Part shown: positions 63,629 to 64,000 of the stretch, piece by piece | Layout of the letters: the number at the start of each line of letters is the position of its first letter | Numbering within the stretch: position 1 is the first letter of the stretch | Assembly (NCBI GenBank): GCA_022605425.2 | Contig: CM061248.1 | Location: forward strand, 1-64,000 | Length of the DNA stretch: 64,000 nucleotides | DNA from: Hamiltosporidium tvaerminnensis FI-OER-3-3 | Lineage: Eukaryota; Fungi; Microsporidia | Reading direction: 5' to 3' | Notes under the pieces: model-generated | The model's database searches: none | What the model was told of the DNA's origin: nothing | The model's input: only the letters and a program-made list of their open reading frames with translations | Translations under genes and position numbers: made by a program

Positions 63629-64000
63629 GCAATTAATTTTTAAGAGAATGATAATAACATAAAATAATTCAAAAATTATCAGAACATATTTTAAAAAATA
63701 AGAAATAAACAACGTTGGACTAATCTAATTGATTTTTTTTCATTTAATTTTAATTTATAAATTGAATTTTTAATTCTTCTTTAAGTTTTATACCGATCTA
63801 TTCCTATTGTATAAAGTACAACCCAATCAGTGATTTTTGCATTTTTTAACATATTTTTTCCTTAAACTATATATATCAGGCAATAAATAAAATTTACAAA
63901 CAAGCGCTATTGGTTTTTAAAAACGTTCTAATAGGTGTTTAAATAAGCTTTGGATACATTTAAAAGTATATTCACAAGAAAATCACCTTTGAAATCTTGT

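Noticed and set aside
875-64000. tRNA or rRNA genes
   Set aside because: No T-loop GGTTCGA with a cloverleaf context and no rRNA-like conserved blocks were seen by eye; tRNAscan-SE and Infernal would be needed to exclude them formally.

Overview
Left end of a very AT-rich eukaryotic chromosome, most consistent with a large-genome microsporidian. That assignment is inference from the (CCCTAA)n telomere, compact fungal-type genes with uninterrupted ORFs, CCC motifs next to start codons and an LRR family gene. Layout: an 874-bp perfect telomere tract, then a ~16-kb subtelomeric gene desert holding decayed duplicated segments and a small RTE-like SINE, then a disrupted LRR gene. Next come a membrane-anchored macrodomain gene and a housekeeping block (GDP-mannose transporter, divergent RPS16/RPL13 pair, PI4P 5-kinase, gamma-COP, UGP1). 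The right end has three orphan proteins with signal-peptide-like N-termini and a full-length but inactivated RLE-type (R4/Dong-like) non-LTR retrotransposon flanked by a 12-bp target-site duplication; a 5'-truncated sister copy lies at ~35.5 kb. A non-coding dispersed repeat family with a shared ~110-nt head occurs 5 times (three ~720-bp and two ~190-bp forms). The best leads are: (i) two tandem secreted orphans sharing a C-terminal motif and each carrying a PP2A-B56-type LxxIxE motif; (ii) the TM-anchored macrodomain; (iii) the modular repeat family; (iv) the structured RTE-like SINE; (v) the near-UTR-less retrotransposon. All alignments were done by eye and no database searches were run.
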